From Leptolyngbyaceae cyanobacterium (GTDB lineage Bacteria > Cyanobacteriota > Cyanobacteriia > Phormidesmidales > Phormidesmidaceae), in contig CBDHHL010000034.1 of NCBI GenBank assembly GCA_965263355.1, forward strand, positions 17,299 to 81,298: 64,000 nucleotides of DNA. The letters are read 5' to 3'. Below the pieces are notes generated by a model, which made no database searches, was not told the DNA's origin, and saw only the letters and a program-made list of their open reading frames with translations. Positions 36,967 through 45,533 of this stretch are shown in pieces. Made by a program: the position numbers and the translations under genes. Position 1 is the stretch's first letter; the number at the start of each line of letters is the position of its first letter.

Positions 36967-38514
36967 TTACTTGCTCCCAGAACGGCGAACAGCTTTAGAT
37001 AGAGCGAAAAGAGATTCAGACGGCTTTTTGATCATGCTGGTGTTGGTTCGGCGGTTCCCATTTGGGCCAGCGTTGCTGTGGACCATGCCCATGTCCAGAT
37101 GGAGCGCCTTGTCTAGCTGGGTTGATGAATCAACTCGCTTATGTCGATTGGCAACAACACTGAATGCGCCAGAGATAGATTCAGCTGAGTCTGTTTTTAA
37201 CTCCAGCCCTGGCTCTGTATGCTTGATGGCCTCTAACTGCAGCTCATGCAGCGTCTGTCCATCCAATTTGTATCCTGGGGGGAGCAAGTGACCGTAGCTG
37301 ACAATAAACTCTTTCCCTTCTAGTGCAAGCAAAGCTGCTGCTGGGTCTGCAGCGTCTAGCTTTTCGAGCAGTGCTTTGACATCGCCATCATCAAAACGAC
37401 TGTCGTCGTTGCTGCTGTCTTCATGGTCCAGTGCGTCCACTCTGCCTTGCAAAGTGTCGATAGCCTCGACGACATCAGCTACAGTATCTGCGCTGTCAAA
37501 CCTGCCAACAAGAACATTGAGGTTATAGAGAGCGTCCGTTAATGTATCTGCATCACAACGGGCCAGTACGGCTGAAATCTGCTCAGCTGCGTCCTTGCGC
37601 ATTTTCTTAGCAGCATAATCACCGTCTTCATACTCGTTGTCATCTTCGTCGTCATCCCCCATGAAATCGTCATTCATAGAAGAAGGTTTTTTGCCTTTAT
37701 GCTTTTTCTTGCCCATGTCTTTCTTGTATTCAGCCATGTCTGAACGCTCAGCATTCAAGGCTTCATACATGGCCGAATCAACATGAAATGGCTTCCCGTT
37801 GATGTCAATTTGGAATGTTTCAGGCATTGCTGGTTTTGCAATGTCGCTGATCGCCACAGTCGCGGCGGTATTGGTGCCCATAGAATCGCTCCTGGGAGAG
37901 TCAACAACATCCGAGCTAGGCTCGAATTCTTCAAAATACGCAACCGCTATATCTGTTGTGTCATCGGTGCGTTCAAAACTTTGTATTAGTGCGCCTTTCG
38001 CACGAGGCTTGGCCACAATAGCCAGATGATCCGCCTCAAATGGCGCGCACTGTTCAGCATCGTAGCGTTCACCCTTGTAAGTGCCAGCATTTTGGGAAAT
38101 ATTGCAAAGATATCCAAGGCTGACCCCTTGCTTCTCTCCAGACTCAATGGCATTGATAGCGTCTTCTCGCTCAACCTCCATCTCCACCTGGATTCGTCCG
38201 TCCTTATATACCTTCACTTTGGGGCTAGTCTTGCCTACGCTGTATTGTTTGGTTTTACTGTCGTCCTTACGGAGTAGAGAGGGAGGGTGCTCAAGAGTGA
38301 CGGGAAGGTCCGCTAGCTGGCCTGCGATGGGGAATCCCGACTGGTCAGGAGAGCGAAGAAAGTCGGCTGTCACTAACTCACGTCGAGGACCGTTGCTATC
38401 AAAGTAGGTTAGAATGCCGGGTGTACGGGCGATCGCGGTTACCTTGAGAGTGCCACTATCTAGCCGCTCAAATTGTTCAATATTTGCAATTGCTTCGATT
38501 AGCCGTACAGCCAC
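36967..38514 (-). CDS. prohead protease-scaffold (DUF2213)
   Basis: ARTPGILTY, PVTLEHP, VSLGY, YDAEQ, DHLAIV..PRA; long acidic scaffold tail. Confidence 0.88.
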   Translation of the reverse strand: MAVRLIEAIANIEQFERLDSGTLKVTAIARTPGILTYFDSNGPRRELVTADFLRSPDQSGFPIAGQLADLPVTLEHPPSLLRKDDSKTKQYSVGKTSPKVKVYKDGRIQVEMEVEREDAINAIESGEKQGVSLGYLCNISQNAGTYKGERYDAEQCAPFEADHLAIVAKPRAKGALIQSFERTDDTTDIAVAYFEEFEPSSDVVDSPRSDSMGTNTAATVAISDIAKPAMPETFQIDINGKPFHVDSAMYEALNAERSDMAEYKKDMGKKKHKGKKPSSMNDDFMGDDDEDDNEYEDGDYAAKKMRKDAAEQISAVLARCDADTLTDALYNLNVLVGRFDSADTVADVVEAIDTLQGRVDALDHEDSSNDDSRFDDGDVKALLEKLDAADPAAALLALEGKEFIVSYGHLLPPGYKLDGQTLHELQLEAIKHTEPGLELKTDSAESISGAFSVVANRHKRVDSSTQLDKALHLDMGMVHSNAGPNGNRRTNTSMIKKPSESLFALSKAVRRSGSK

Positions 38515-38541
38515 AGTTCCTGAGAGATTGTTACTGCCGTT

Positions 38542-38593
38542 AGCCTAGCCATGGAAGCCCCTATACATCAATTAATGTCGGGTATTCCGACAT
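38542..38593 (-). promoter_or_regulatory. putative late promoter with upstream palindrome
   Basis: ATGTCGG-N5-CCGACAT (38575-38593), then TTGATG-18-TAGGCT on the minus strand. Confidence 0.65.
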
Positions 38594-38616
38594 CTGATAA
38601 TTCAATCGATCAGAGA

Positions 38617-38802
38617 ATGGGTAAAAAAATTGAGCAATTGAGGAAAAGAGTAAGGCTCACCCAGGGGGAATTAGGTAGGGCGGTTCATCTGAGTCGGCCT
38701 CAGGTGAGTGCAGTGGAATCAGGGAATCGTGGGCTGTATGCAAGAGAACTTGTGCTTTGGTCCAAGGTTTTGCGTTGTTCGATCAATGATTTTTTTGTTT
38801 AA
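38617..38802 (+). CDS. XRE HTH regulator (probable start MGKKIEQL)
   Basis: LRKRVRLTQGELGRAVHLSRPQVSAVESGNR. Confidence 0.85.
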   Translation: MGKKIEQLRKRVRLTQGELGRAVHLSRPQVSAVESGNRGLYARELVLWSKVLRCSINDFFV

Positions 38803-39464
38803 CCCCGAGAACTTTTCCAGCCATTCTTTAGTTCGCCAGTACTGATAAACGATTCCATGTCAGCAAATGCTCGCTCAGCATCTTCTATACTAAGAATACT
38901 GGGGTCTTTCTCTATGGCAAGTTGCGCTACGTAGGCTGCGATTCGATCATTCTCAGGAATGTTCAGTTCTTTAAGTGAGTAAAGAACTCTGTCAATCCTA
39001 TCCAGGCTTAAATTATGCCAAGCCCATAAGCTTGTATCTGGCCCAAATGAGGTTAAGAGACTAGCCAGCTGGTCGTCAGCTGCATTGCCAGACGTTGGGA
39101 AAGGAAGATGCTGCGCGGTGACGGGTTCACCTGGTTTTGCTTCAAGTCGTTTTAGCTTGGGTTCGAATTTGTGATACTCAGCTATCAGGCTTTGTCCAGA
39201 TCTTGAGCGAAAAAATAACTCTTCAAATGCGATTAGATCTTTCCTGAGTAGGTCAATAGAGATCTCTAGCCCTGCCTCCGAGGGGATGATCGCCAAAACC
39301 TTACCCACCAATTGAGAGTAAGGCTGCTCAAGCATTGCCCTGGTATCGTGCCCATGGGTCAGCCATTTAACCTCAAGCTCTCTCAGTAGAACGTCAAGGA
39401 TTTCTATTTGACAGGCTGAGGCTTTACCCAGCCAGCAATATTGATCAGCAATAGTGATTAACAA
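38799..39464 (-). CDS. probable tail assembly chaperone
   Basis: Directly downstream of the tail tube gene; helical; assignment by synteny. Confidence 0.45.
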   Translation of the reverse strand: MLITIADQYCWLGKASACQIEILDVLLRELEVKWLTHGHDTRAMLEQPYSQLVGKVLAIIPSEAGLEISIDLLRKDLIAFEELFFRSRSGQSLIAEYHKFEPKLKRLEAKPGEPVTAQHLPFPTSGNAADDQLASLLTSFGPDTSLWAWHNLSLDRIDRVLYSLKELNIPENDRIAAYVAQLAIEKDPSILSIEDAERAFADMESFISTGELKNGWKSSRG

Positions 39465-40252
39465 TCGTTAGTTAGCGCATATGAGCGATAGGTATAGTCG
39501 CCATTAACAAAGAATTCAAATGTTTGGCTGTCTCCACCAAACGGAATAGACCCCGATGGATCAACTTGCACTTTTGGGAACACCCATTCAGTTACGGTTA
39601 AATCAAGGTTGATCACCTTAACTCGTGCGGACAATTCACCGTAGCCAACAGCACCAGTTTCAGCGAAATCAACACCTGTGTAAGGGATCAGTAAGTTGAT
39701 ATCGGCGTTCTGAAGGTCATCGGAGAACGTTAGCGCCCCATCTGCACCAATGGCAATAGTGGTTGTGTCAGTGGGGGCTGCTGTAGCTGCGATGGTGACA
39801 GCCTCACTTAGTCCGTATTCATTCTTGCCAAATGCAGAAACGCCAACTGTTGTGCTAACATCCCCCCCAGCTAGTCCATTACCAAACACTCCAGCAGAGT
39901 TTGCAGGCAATGAGTTCCCAACAGCAGGGAGCCGAAATTTCACTTTGTAATACTCTGTGTTTCCCCCGGTAACAACACCCATTGTTCGGTCAAGCTTCAA
40001 CGAATTCATTAAGGGGGTGATAATGCCGTACTCTAGCTGTAGTTTTGGCTTCTCTTCTGACTTAAAGATGGCTGCTCGAACTTGCTCACCTCGGCAGTTG
40101 GATTCTGACAATTCTGCAATATTGATGCCGGTATCCAATGTCCCAGTTGCTGCGATTGGGGTCATCAGAATGTTGCCGGTTGAATTCTGTTTAATTGCAA
40201 CCGTGGCCACCGACTTACGGGCCTTATCGGTTAAAGATTTTACAAGAGCCAT
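39458..40252 (-). CDS. major tail tube protein
   Basis: Beta-rich; EWVFPKVQVDPSGSIPF...TFEF C-terminus; position after the terminator gene. Confidence 0.7.
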   Translation of the reverse strand: MALVKSLTDKARKSVATVAIKQNSTGNILMTPIAATGTLDTGINIAELSESNCRGEQVRAAIFKSEEKPKLQLEYGIITPLMNSLKLDRTMGVVTGGNTEYYKVKFRLPAVGNSLPANSAGVFGNGLAGGDVSTTVGVSAFGKNEYGLSEAVTIAATAAPTDTTTIAIGADGALTFSDDLQNADINLLIPYTGVDFAETGAVGYGELSARVKVINLDLTVTEWVFPKVQVDPSGSIPFGGDSQTFEFFVNGDYTYRSYALTNDC

Positions 40253-40280
40253 GTGCGTAAAGACGGGTCAGGACGCCTCT

Positions 40281-40332
40281 ACGCTAGGCTAGCCATGCTG
40301 TAAATATCAATAAATGTCGGGGATTCCGACAT
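40281..40332 (-). promoter_or_regulatory. second copy of the late promoter + palindrome
   Basis: ATGTCGG-N5-CCGACAT (40314-40332), then TTGATA-18-TAGCGT on the minus strand. Confidence 0.65.
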
Positions 40333-40649
40333 TACGCAGGCTTGGTATTTTTCTTTGGGGCCGTGGGTACGACAGTCCCAATAAATGGTCTAGGCGCTGT
40401 TACGTCTGGGCTTAGGCCAGAAATGTCCACGTTATCAGCGGTTGTATATTCTTGGGGGATAGAGGGGATGTACAACTTGTTGATAATCCTGAACGCCTGC
40501 CCGACTGGCTGCTGTTCGATGATTTGGCGAGCGACCAGGTGTCCGCTGACAACAAAGTCAATGCAAGGCATCCCATTTTGGATGGAGTACTCTTCTTGAA
40601 TATCAATCGTAACTTCAGTCGATGTTGATGCGGTAGTAGTTAGCTTCAT
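40332..40649 (-). CDS. hypothetical structural-module protein
   Basis: ORF within the structural operon. Confidence 0.5.
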   Translation of the reverse strand: MKLTTTASTSTEVTIDIQEEYSIQNGMPCIDFVVSGHLVARQIIEQQPVGQAFRIINKLYIPSIPQEYTTADNVDISGLSPDVTAPRPFIGTVVPTAPKKNTKPA

Positions 40650-40662
40650 GGGTCCTGAATCG

Positions 40663-41097
40663 TCAAGAATACCAGTAGGTTAAGTCAAACTGGACAAAAA
40701 TCACCATATACCATTTGTGGTTGGAGGTGTTTTGCTTGGCAAAAGTGCTGCCCGAAACTTGGTCTATCTCGCTTACATGAACAACGCATTCAGCAGCCTT
40801 ATGTAGGAGCTTGCACAGTTCTTCTAAGTATGCTCCTGCTTCCAATGTGGCATTGATATTGCTAGTCATCTCGAACACTCTGCCTAACGCCACAGTTCGC
40901 GTCATCATGGCTTGATTACTAGTGTTGTCAGACTTAAAGTCACGCAGCCTGAACCCAGTAGATTGGCTAGTGCTGGCGCTATCAAAATTCCATGGTCTTA
41001 CTTGCAGCCGACGGTAAATCCCCACAATCTCAGGGGCATTGTCCAGGTAAGTAATTAAGCCGTTGTCACTTGTTAGAATCTCGGCAATAGTGGCCAT
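40663..41097 (-). CDS. probable tail terminator / completion protein
   Basis: Size, synteny and C-terminal beta strand VQFDLTY. Confidence 0.55.
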   Translation of the reverse strand: MATIAEILTSDNGLITYLDNAPEIVGIYRRLQVRPWNFDSASTSQSTGFRLRDFKSDNTSNQAMMTRTVALGRVFEMTSNINATLEAGAYLEELCKLLHKAAECVVHVSEIDQVSGSTFAKQNTSNHKWYMVIFVQFDLTYWYS

Positions 41098-41315
41098 GTT
41101 GGTTCTCGCGCTAGCTGCTTAAATATTACTGCAGCCGACTACTTATACTCTCTTCACGCCACTGCGAAGCTCTCGTAAAGCCTACTGAGTCTTGCTTTAA
41201 TCCCTGTATAAAGTAAGACTGAGTCAAGGTAGGTCTATGAAATTGCGTCATCGAGGAAGTGGGCGGTAGTCCCGAACGAGTCTTGCTTCCACTGAAGTAT
41301 AGCTATACTGTCCTT

Positions 41316-41765
41316 ATGAGATATCAAGCTATGCTCAAATCTTTTTTGCCTGTTGCTTTAGTCCTTGGTGTTGGCACCCCTGCGATCGCTGACCCTTTCT
41401 GTTACATGATCACAGACCAGGGAGAGCTGATTAACCTGGAAAGCATATGCAGTTCCAGCGAACCACAGCCAACTATCGCAGCAAGTAGCGGCAAGCCACC
41501 AGCCAGGGAAGAAGATCCACCCTCAACCCAGCCTATTGCATCATTCCAGGTCGTCCGCATCGCCCAGGATGGAAAAGCAGTTGGGCGAGTTACATTCGCT
41601 AGAGCAGCAGAGGAAGGCGCTACAGTCAACGCCTACGTAGTGCATCAGGACGGCAGTAGGTGGGACGTTGGCACGGTCAGGCGCGAGCGTGGTCAGCGCA
41701 GAGTTGAGATAGAGTTTATGCTGCCTGCGGGGACCAATACTAGCGAGGTTGAGGGCGGGGTTTAG
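41316..41765 (+). CDS. secreted protein, moron-like, antisense to the structural operon
   Basis: Signal peptide ending AIA; CYM...G..INL..IC motif; Pro-rich linker. Confidence 0.65.
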   Translation: MRYQAMLKSFLPVALVLGVGTPAIADPFCYMITDQGELINLESICSSSEPQPTIAASSGKPPAREEDPPSTQPIASFQVVRIAQDGKAVGRVTFARAAEEGATVNAYVVHQDGSRWDVGTVRRERGQRRVEIEFMLPAGTNTSEVEGGV

Positions 41766-42205
41766 AACCAGATCTTCTTAAGCAACGAAAATATAGCAAG
41801 TTCAACGACGTCGGCGTAGCCCTCATCGTCAAAAAAGCTAGGATATTGTGATTCTCCAGACTCAAACTTTCTAGTCAATAACGTCTCTTGGTAGCTTGCA
41901 TACGCCTGGTCGCTACCAATGGCTAGACTTTTGCCGTCTATCACTGGCTCAACTAAATCGGCTACCATCCTGCCTGTATCCAGAGCATAGCCAGGGTCAC
42001 TTCCTACGCCTGCTCTACTCTGCCCTGAGGGCTTCAGTCTGCCGCTATAGTTGGCGCTGTACTCTGTGGTGCGACTGATGGCATCGTAACGCACAGCTGA
42101 GGCGTCGCTAATATCAGGTAAGGCATCCTGCAAAGCCTGAGTGATCCAAGCGTCGGTGGCGATGGTGCGGAGGTCTGAGATGGTGGGATTAAGGTTGGTG
42201 ATCAT
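41762..42205 (-). CDS. neck / tail completion protein
   Basis: DTGRM...AIGSDQAYASYQ resembles virion-morphogenesis family motif DTGxL...YAxY. Confidence 0.6.
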   Translation of the reverse strand: MITNLNPTISDLRTIATDAWITQALQDALPDISDASAVRYDAISRTTEYSANYSGRLKPSGQSRAGVGSDPGYALDTGRMVADLVEPVIDGKSLAIGSDQAYASYQETLLTRKFESGESQYPSFFDDEGYADVVELAIFSLLKKIWF

Positions 42206-42624
42206 GATACGTATGGAGCTTCAAAGCCTAGGGTGTTGTCCTCGTTCACATCAGCCTTAAAAACCAATTTTACTCGGTCTCCAGCGTCTGCGTTGCTGTA
42301 CTGGGGCTGCCCAAAGGTTCGATATAACCTCCAGCCATTCCCGTCATTGATTTGCCATAGCTGATCAGGGCCGATCTTCGTTTGCCAGTTGGAACCCAGG
42401 CATTTTTTTAGAGTTTGCTGAGGGATTGACGACTCCCATGTGTCTAGCAATTCCGTATCTTCTAGCTGGAACCTAATATCAGTGCTCCCTACTTGCCCTA
42501 GGTGACTGAGCAGTGGCGATGGCCTAACCTCTTGTCCCTGGACTGTTCTCAGTCGAGTATTGCGCAGCCCAGCAGACTGGCAGAGGCTGTCGAAGTAGGG
42601 GCCGGTTAGATACTGGAAGTTCAT
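42202..42624 (-). CDS. probable head closure protein
   Basis: Size and synteny; ATGA overlaps. Confidence 0.45.
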   Translation of the reverse strand: MNFQYLTGPYFDSLCQSAGLRNTRLRTVQGQEVRPSPLLSHLGQVGSTDIRFQLEDTELLDTWESSIPQQTLKKCLGSNWQTKIGPDQLWQINDGNGWRLYRTFGQPQYSNADAGDRVKLVFKADVNEDNTLGFEAPYVS

Positions 42625-45533
42625 GCAGCGTCCCCCTTAGGCCATAACACTTTACGAGACCAATAATTAGGACTCCATGGGTCATCTTTGGTCAGGTTTC
42701 CATCCTTATCTCGGATGCCTGCGGATCGGTTCAGGTAATTTGCTTTGGCTTCAGGGCTGTAATTATGGCGATAGTCTTTATCTCCAAATGCGATGAGCAT
42801 CACCCGATCACCTTTTTTGGCAAGCACCTGACGCTTTTTGCCTTTTTGAGTAGCAGGAACGTCCTTATCAATCGTCCACCACTGGCCACGGTATTTTACT
42901 TTGCCATTGCGGCGAGGGAGGGTTGAGATAAGAGTGCCTTGTGCATCACTGCGTTTTTTCTTGGCCTTAGCTTTCCGTTTTGGCTGTGGCTTCTTAGGCT
43001 CGGAGCTGAGTCTGGAAATAGACTTCAGCTGACGCCTTAGGTCATTCAAGTTAGCCATTTGCTCATCACTCCCACCCCTGTCTGGATGGATCTGTCGAGC
43101 AAGATTTTTGTAGAAGCTATCGACAGACTCAGTTGAGCTAATATCTTCGTCTTTAACTCCAAAGTCTTTTATGTCTGCAATTTCAAATAACCCATTCTTT
43201 AGCCAAAGCCCAGGGTCGGCTTTCCCTTTCAGCGCACTTCTGACTTCAGCGGCGATAGATTCACCTTCTTTCCTTTTCGCTGAAATATCTTCTAGCGACA
43301 CCATTGGCCTGTTTTTGTGCGCAAGAAGTCGCTTTTTAATTTCTGGAGTCAATACGTCGGTCGGCTGAGCGATCTTCTTTGGCTGAGCATTTTTCTTGCT
43401 TGTACGCTTCCCCCTAACTTCTTTTACCCGTTTTGCAGTGCCTTTTTTTGCTCGTTTACAGCCTTTCCCCTCGGGCTTTTTCATCCCCACCCAGCCCCTC
43501 TGGGCATTACAAGGTGTCCCGGCTTTCTTCGCATCAACCTTAGCTAGTGCGTCGACCGCTGCGTCCCATTCACGAGAGTCGATACTAAAGTAGCTGCCAT
43601 TAGGCCCACGGAATAGAGTTGATTCGCCCTGTTTTTTGCTTAACCGAACTGGTGTGTTAGCCCGCTTAGGTTGCGGGGCTTTAGTGCGCTTGAACATCTC
43701 GCGGGATAGGTTAGCGGCCTTTTTACGGATACTGCTTAACCCCTGGTCGCGACCCCAGCGAGACTCTAGTTTTTCTGCTTCCATGGCTAACTCACGGGCT
43801 TGACGGGCTCGCTCGTCGGGGTCTTCGATAGCGCGAACCGCTTTAATCTTTTGGTTGAATTCGTTGGTTAGGTTTTTGCGTTCCCCCGCAGCAGCTTTCT
43901 TTTTGGCAGCTTCGATTATTTCTGCAGGAGGTTCTTTTATCTTCAGCGTGGCTCCACCCTGGCCCATCCGCTTAGCTGCGTTCTTCTGGGAGCTGCCGTA
44001 CTTTTGGTTGTACTTTTCTGTGGCCAACCGGTATGCCGCTTTAAGAGGCATCGGTTTTTCGCCAAAAATCTCTACCTTGGTGACTTTCCCGTTTTTATTG
44101 GTGTCGTAACCTTCTAGTTCTGAGATAAAGAAATCGTCAGCGTTTCGATACCACTTACTGCGGTCATCAGGGTTATTTCTTATCCGTTCATGCTGAGCAT
44201 TTTTACCCTCTGCCACCCAGTCCCCAAATGATTGAGGCGCGTTCGGGTCCAATGATTCCCCGCCTTCCTCTGACTTGGGTATTTTTTTGTAGGCCGATTC
44301 AAATGCCAGGTCTTTCCCTCTCGGTGCCTTTTTCTTCTGGCTGCGTACTGGCTGAGGCTTATCGGCTGGGAATAGGCTTAGCTGCCCCCTGCGTTCTGCT
44401 TTCTCGGCAGCAGTGATGGTACGAGCTTTCGGAGGTTCGGGGTTCTTACCCCTGCGTTTACGCTCGATACGACGCACTCTGGCAGCCGTCCCAGGCTTAG
44501 CTCTTCGGCAACCTGGCTTAGTCCCTACCCACCCCCGTTGGTTATTGCAGGGCGTGCCGGTTTTGGCGTCTAGCTTCAGCATCGCCTCCAACGCATCCTT
44601 CCTAGCTTTTTGGCATGGTTCGCACTCACAGTCATCGTTACAGCCTTTCTTTCGTCGTCGGGGTTTAGCGTCAGATTTAGTCAGCATGGGCACTCGATAC
44701 TCTTCTAGCTCAGCCAATGAGATTTCACGCATCCCACCAAAAAACTCTTTAGGCATGGCCTGCCCATAAATCATGCGTGCTTCAGCTGCATCATTAACAC
44801 CGATAATCATCTTCTCCTCATCAAATGCGCCATCGATTACCTGATCCACCACGAACACCAATGGACTAGCCAGGTTGGTCCCCACGTACACATCAACAGC
44901 CATACCATCAGCTCCACGGGTACGACGAAAGTGACCATAAGCAGCAGGTAAAACACGGCCATGACGCTTCTCAAAAGGCAGGTACTGTAGACCAATTTCA
45001 AAGCCTTGCCATTTCAAAATACGCTTGACAGGAGTAGCGTCATCAGTGCGAGGCTTTTTTCTGTATTTTTCGTCTTCATCCTCAGCTTTGTAAGCGAATT
45101 CGTCGATGTCATCATCAGTTAGGTGAGGCGCTAACTTGATGTATTTTCTATATAATTCGATACTTTTTTTTATGTCTTTAAGCTCTTGCTGAACTCCTTC
45201 TGTGTCAGTCTCCATGGCACTTTCTGCTACGTCTGGGCCCTCCTTGATCCAACGCTCTATGTCTTTCATCCCCTGAAAATCATCATCAAGTTGCTTGTAG
45301 ATATGCTTTGACATTCCTTCGTTAGTGTCCCGAATCCATTCACGGGCGGCAGTCTCGTCCCAATGACTATCAATAAAGTCGACGATTGCCTTTTTCCGGG
45401 TTGCTTCGTCCCGTAGATTGGGGCCTTTTTTGCGAGCCTTCGATCTCACGCAGCTTCCTAACGTGCCACTCCAGCTTCCCTTGCAAGGGCGGCTGTCAGT
45501 TCTTCGTTTTGGGGCGAGTGCTGTGGTTGTCAT
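42621..45533 (-). CDS. 970-aa modular head protein: InPase-like domain, Cys/Trp repeats, J-domain, DUF5754-like C-terminus
   Basis: YGHFRRTRGADGMAVDVYVG...FDEEKMIIG; YKNLARQIHPDRGG; KKRQV...IAFGDKDY...YLNR...SPNYWSRKVLW. Confidence 0.75.
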   Translation of the reverse strand: MTTTALAPKRRTDSRPCKGSWSGTLGSCVRSKARKKGPNLRDEATRKKAIVDFIDSHWDETAAREWIRDTNEGMSKHIYKQLDDDFQGMKDIERWIKEGPDVAESAMETDTEGVQQELKDIKKSIELYRKYIKLAPHLTDDDIDEFAYKAEDEDEKYRKKPRTDDATPVKRILKWQGFEIGLQYLPFEKRHGRVLPAAYGHFRRTRGADGMAVDVYVGTNLASPLVFVVDQVIDGAFDEEKMIIGVNDAAEARMIYGQAMPKEFFGGMREISLAELEEYRVPMLTKSDAKPRRRKKGCNDDCECEPCQKARKDALEAMLKLDAKTGTPCNNQRGWVGTKPGCRRAKPGTAARVRRIERKRRGKNPEPPKARTITAAEKAERRGQLSLFPADKPQPVRSQKKKAPRGKDLAFESAYKKIPKSEEGGESLDPNAPQSFGDWVAEGKNAQHERIRNNPDDRSKWYRNADDFFISELEGYDTNKNGKVTKVEIFGEKPMPLKAAYRLATEKYNQKYGSSQKNAAKRMGQGGATLKIKEPPAEIIEAAKKKAAAGERKNLTNEFNQKIKAVRAIEDPDERARQARELAMEAEKLESRWGRDQGLSSIRKKAANLSREMFKRTKAPQPKRANTPVRLSKKQGESTLFRGPNGSYFSIDSREWDAAVDALAKVDAKKAGTPCNAQRGWVGMKKPEGKGCKRAKKGTAKRVKEVRGKRTSKKNAQPKKIAQPTDVLTPEIKKRLLAHKNRPMVSLEDISAKRKEGESIAAEVRSALKGKADPGLWLKNGLFEIADIKDFGVKDEDISSTESVDSFYKNLARQIHPDRGGSDEQMANLNDLRRQLKSISRLSSEPKKPQPKRKAKAKKKRSDAQGTLISTLPRRNGKVKYRGQWWTIDKDVPATQKGKKRQVLAKKGDRVMLIAFGDKDYRHNYSPEAKANYLNRSAGIRDKDGNLTKDDPWSPNYWSRKVLWPKGDAA

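Noticed and set aside
41194..41207. GCTTTAATCCCTGT, matching 12 nt of the CRISPR repeat and complementary to 14 nt of the anti-repeat region
   Set aside because: A single short match without the rest of the repeat. Chance cannot be excluded, so it is not called a solitary repeat.
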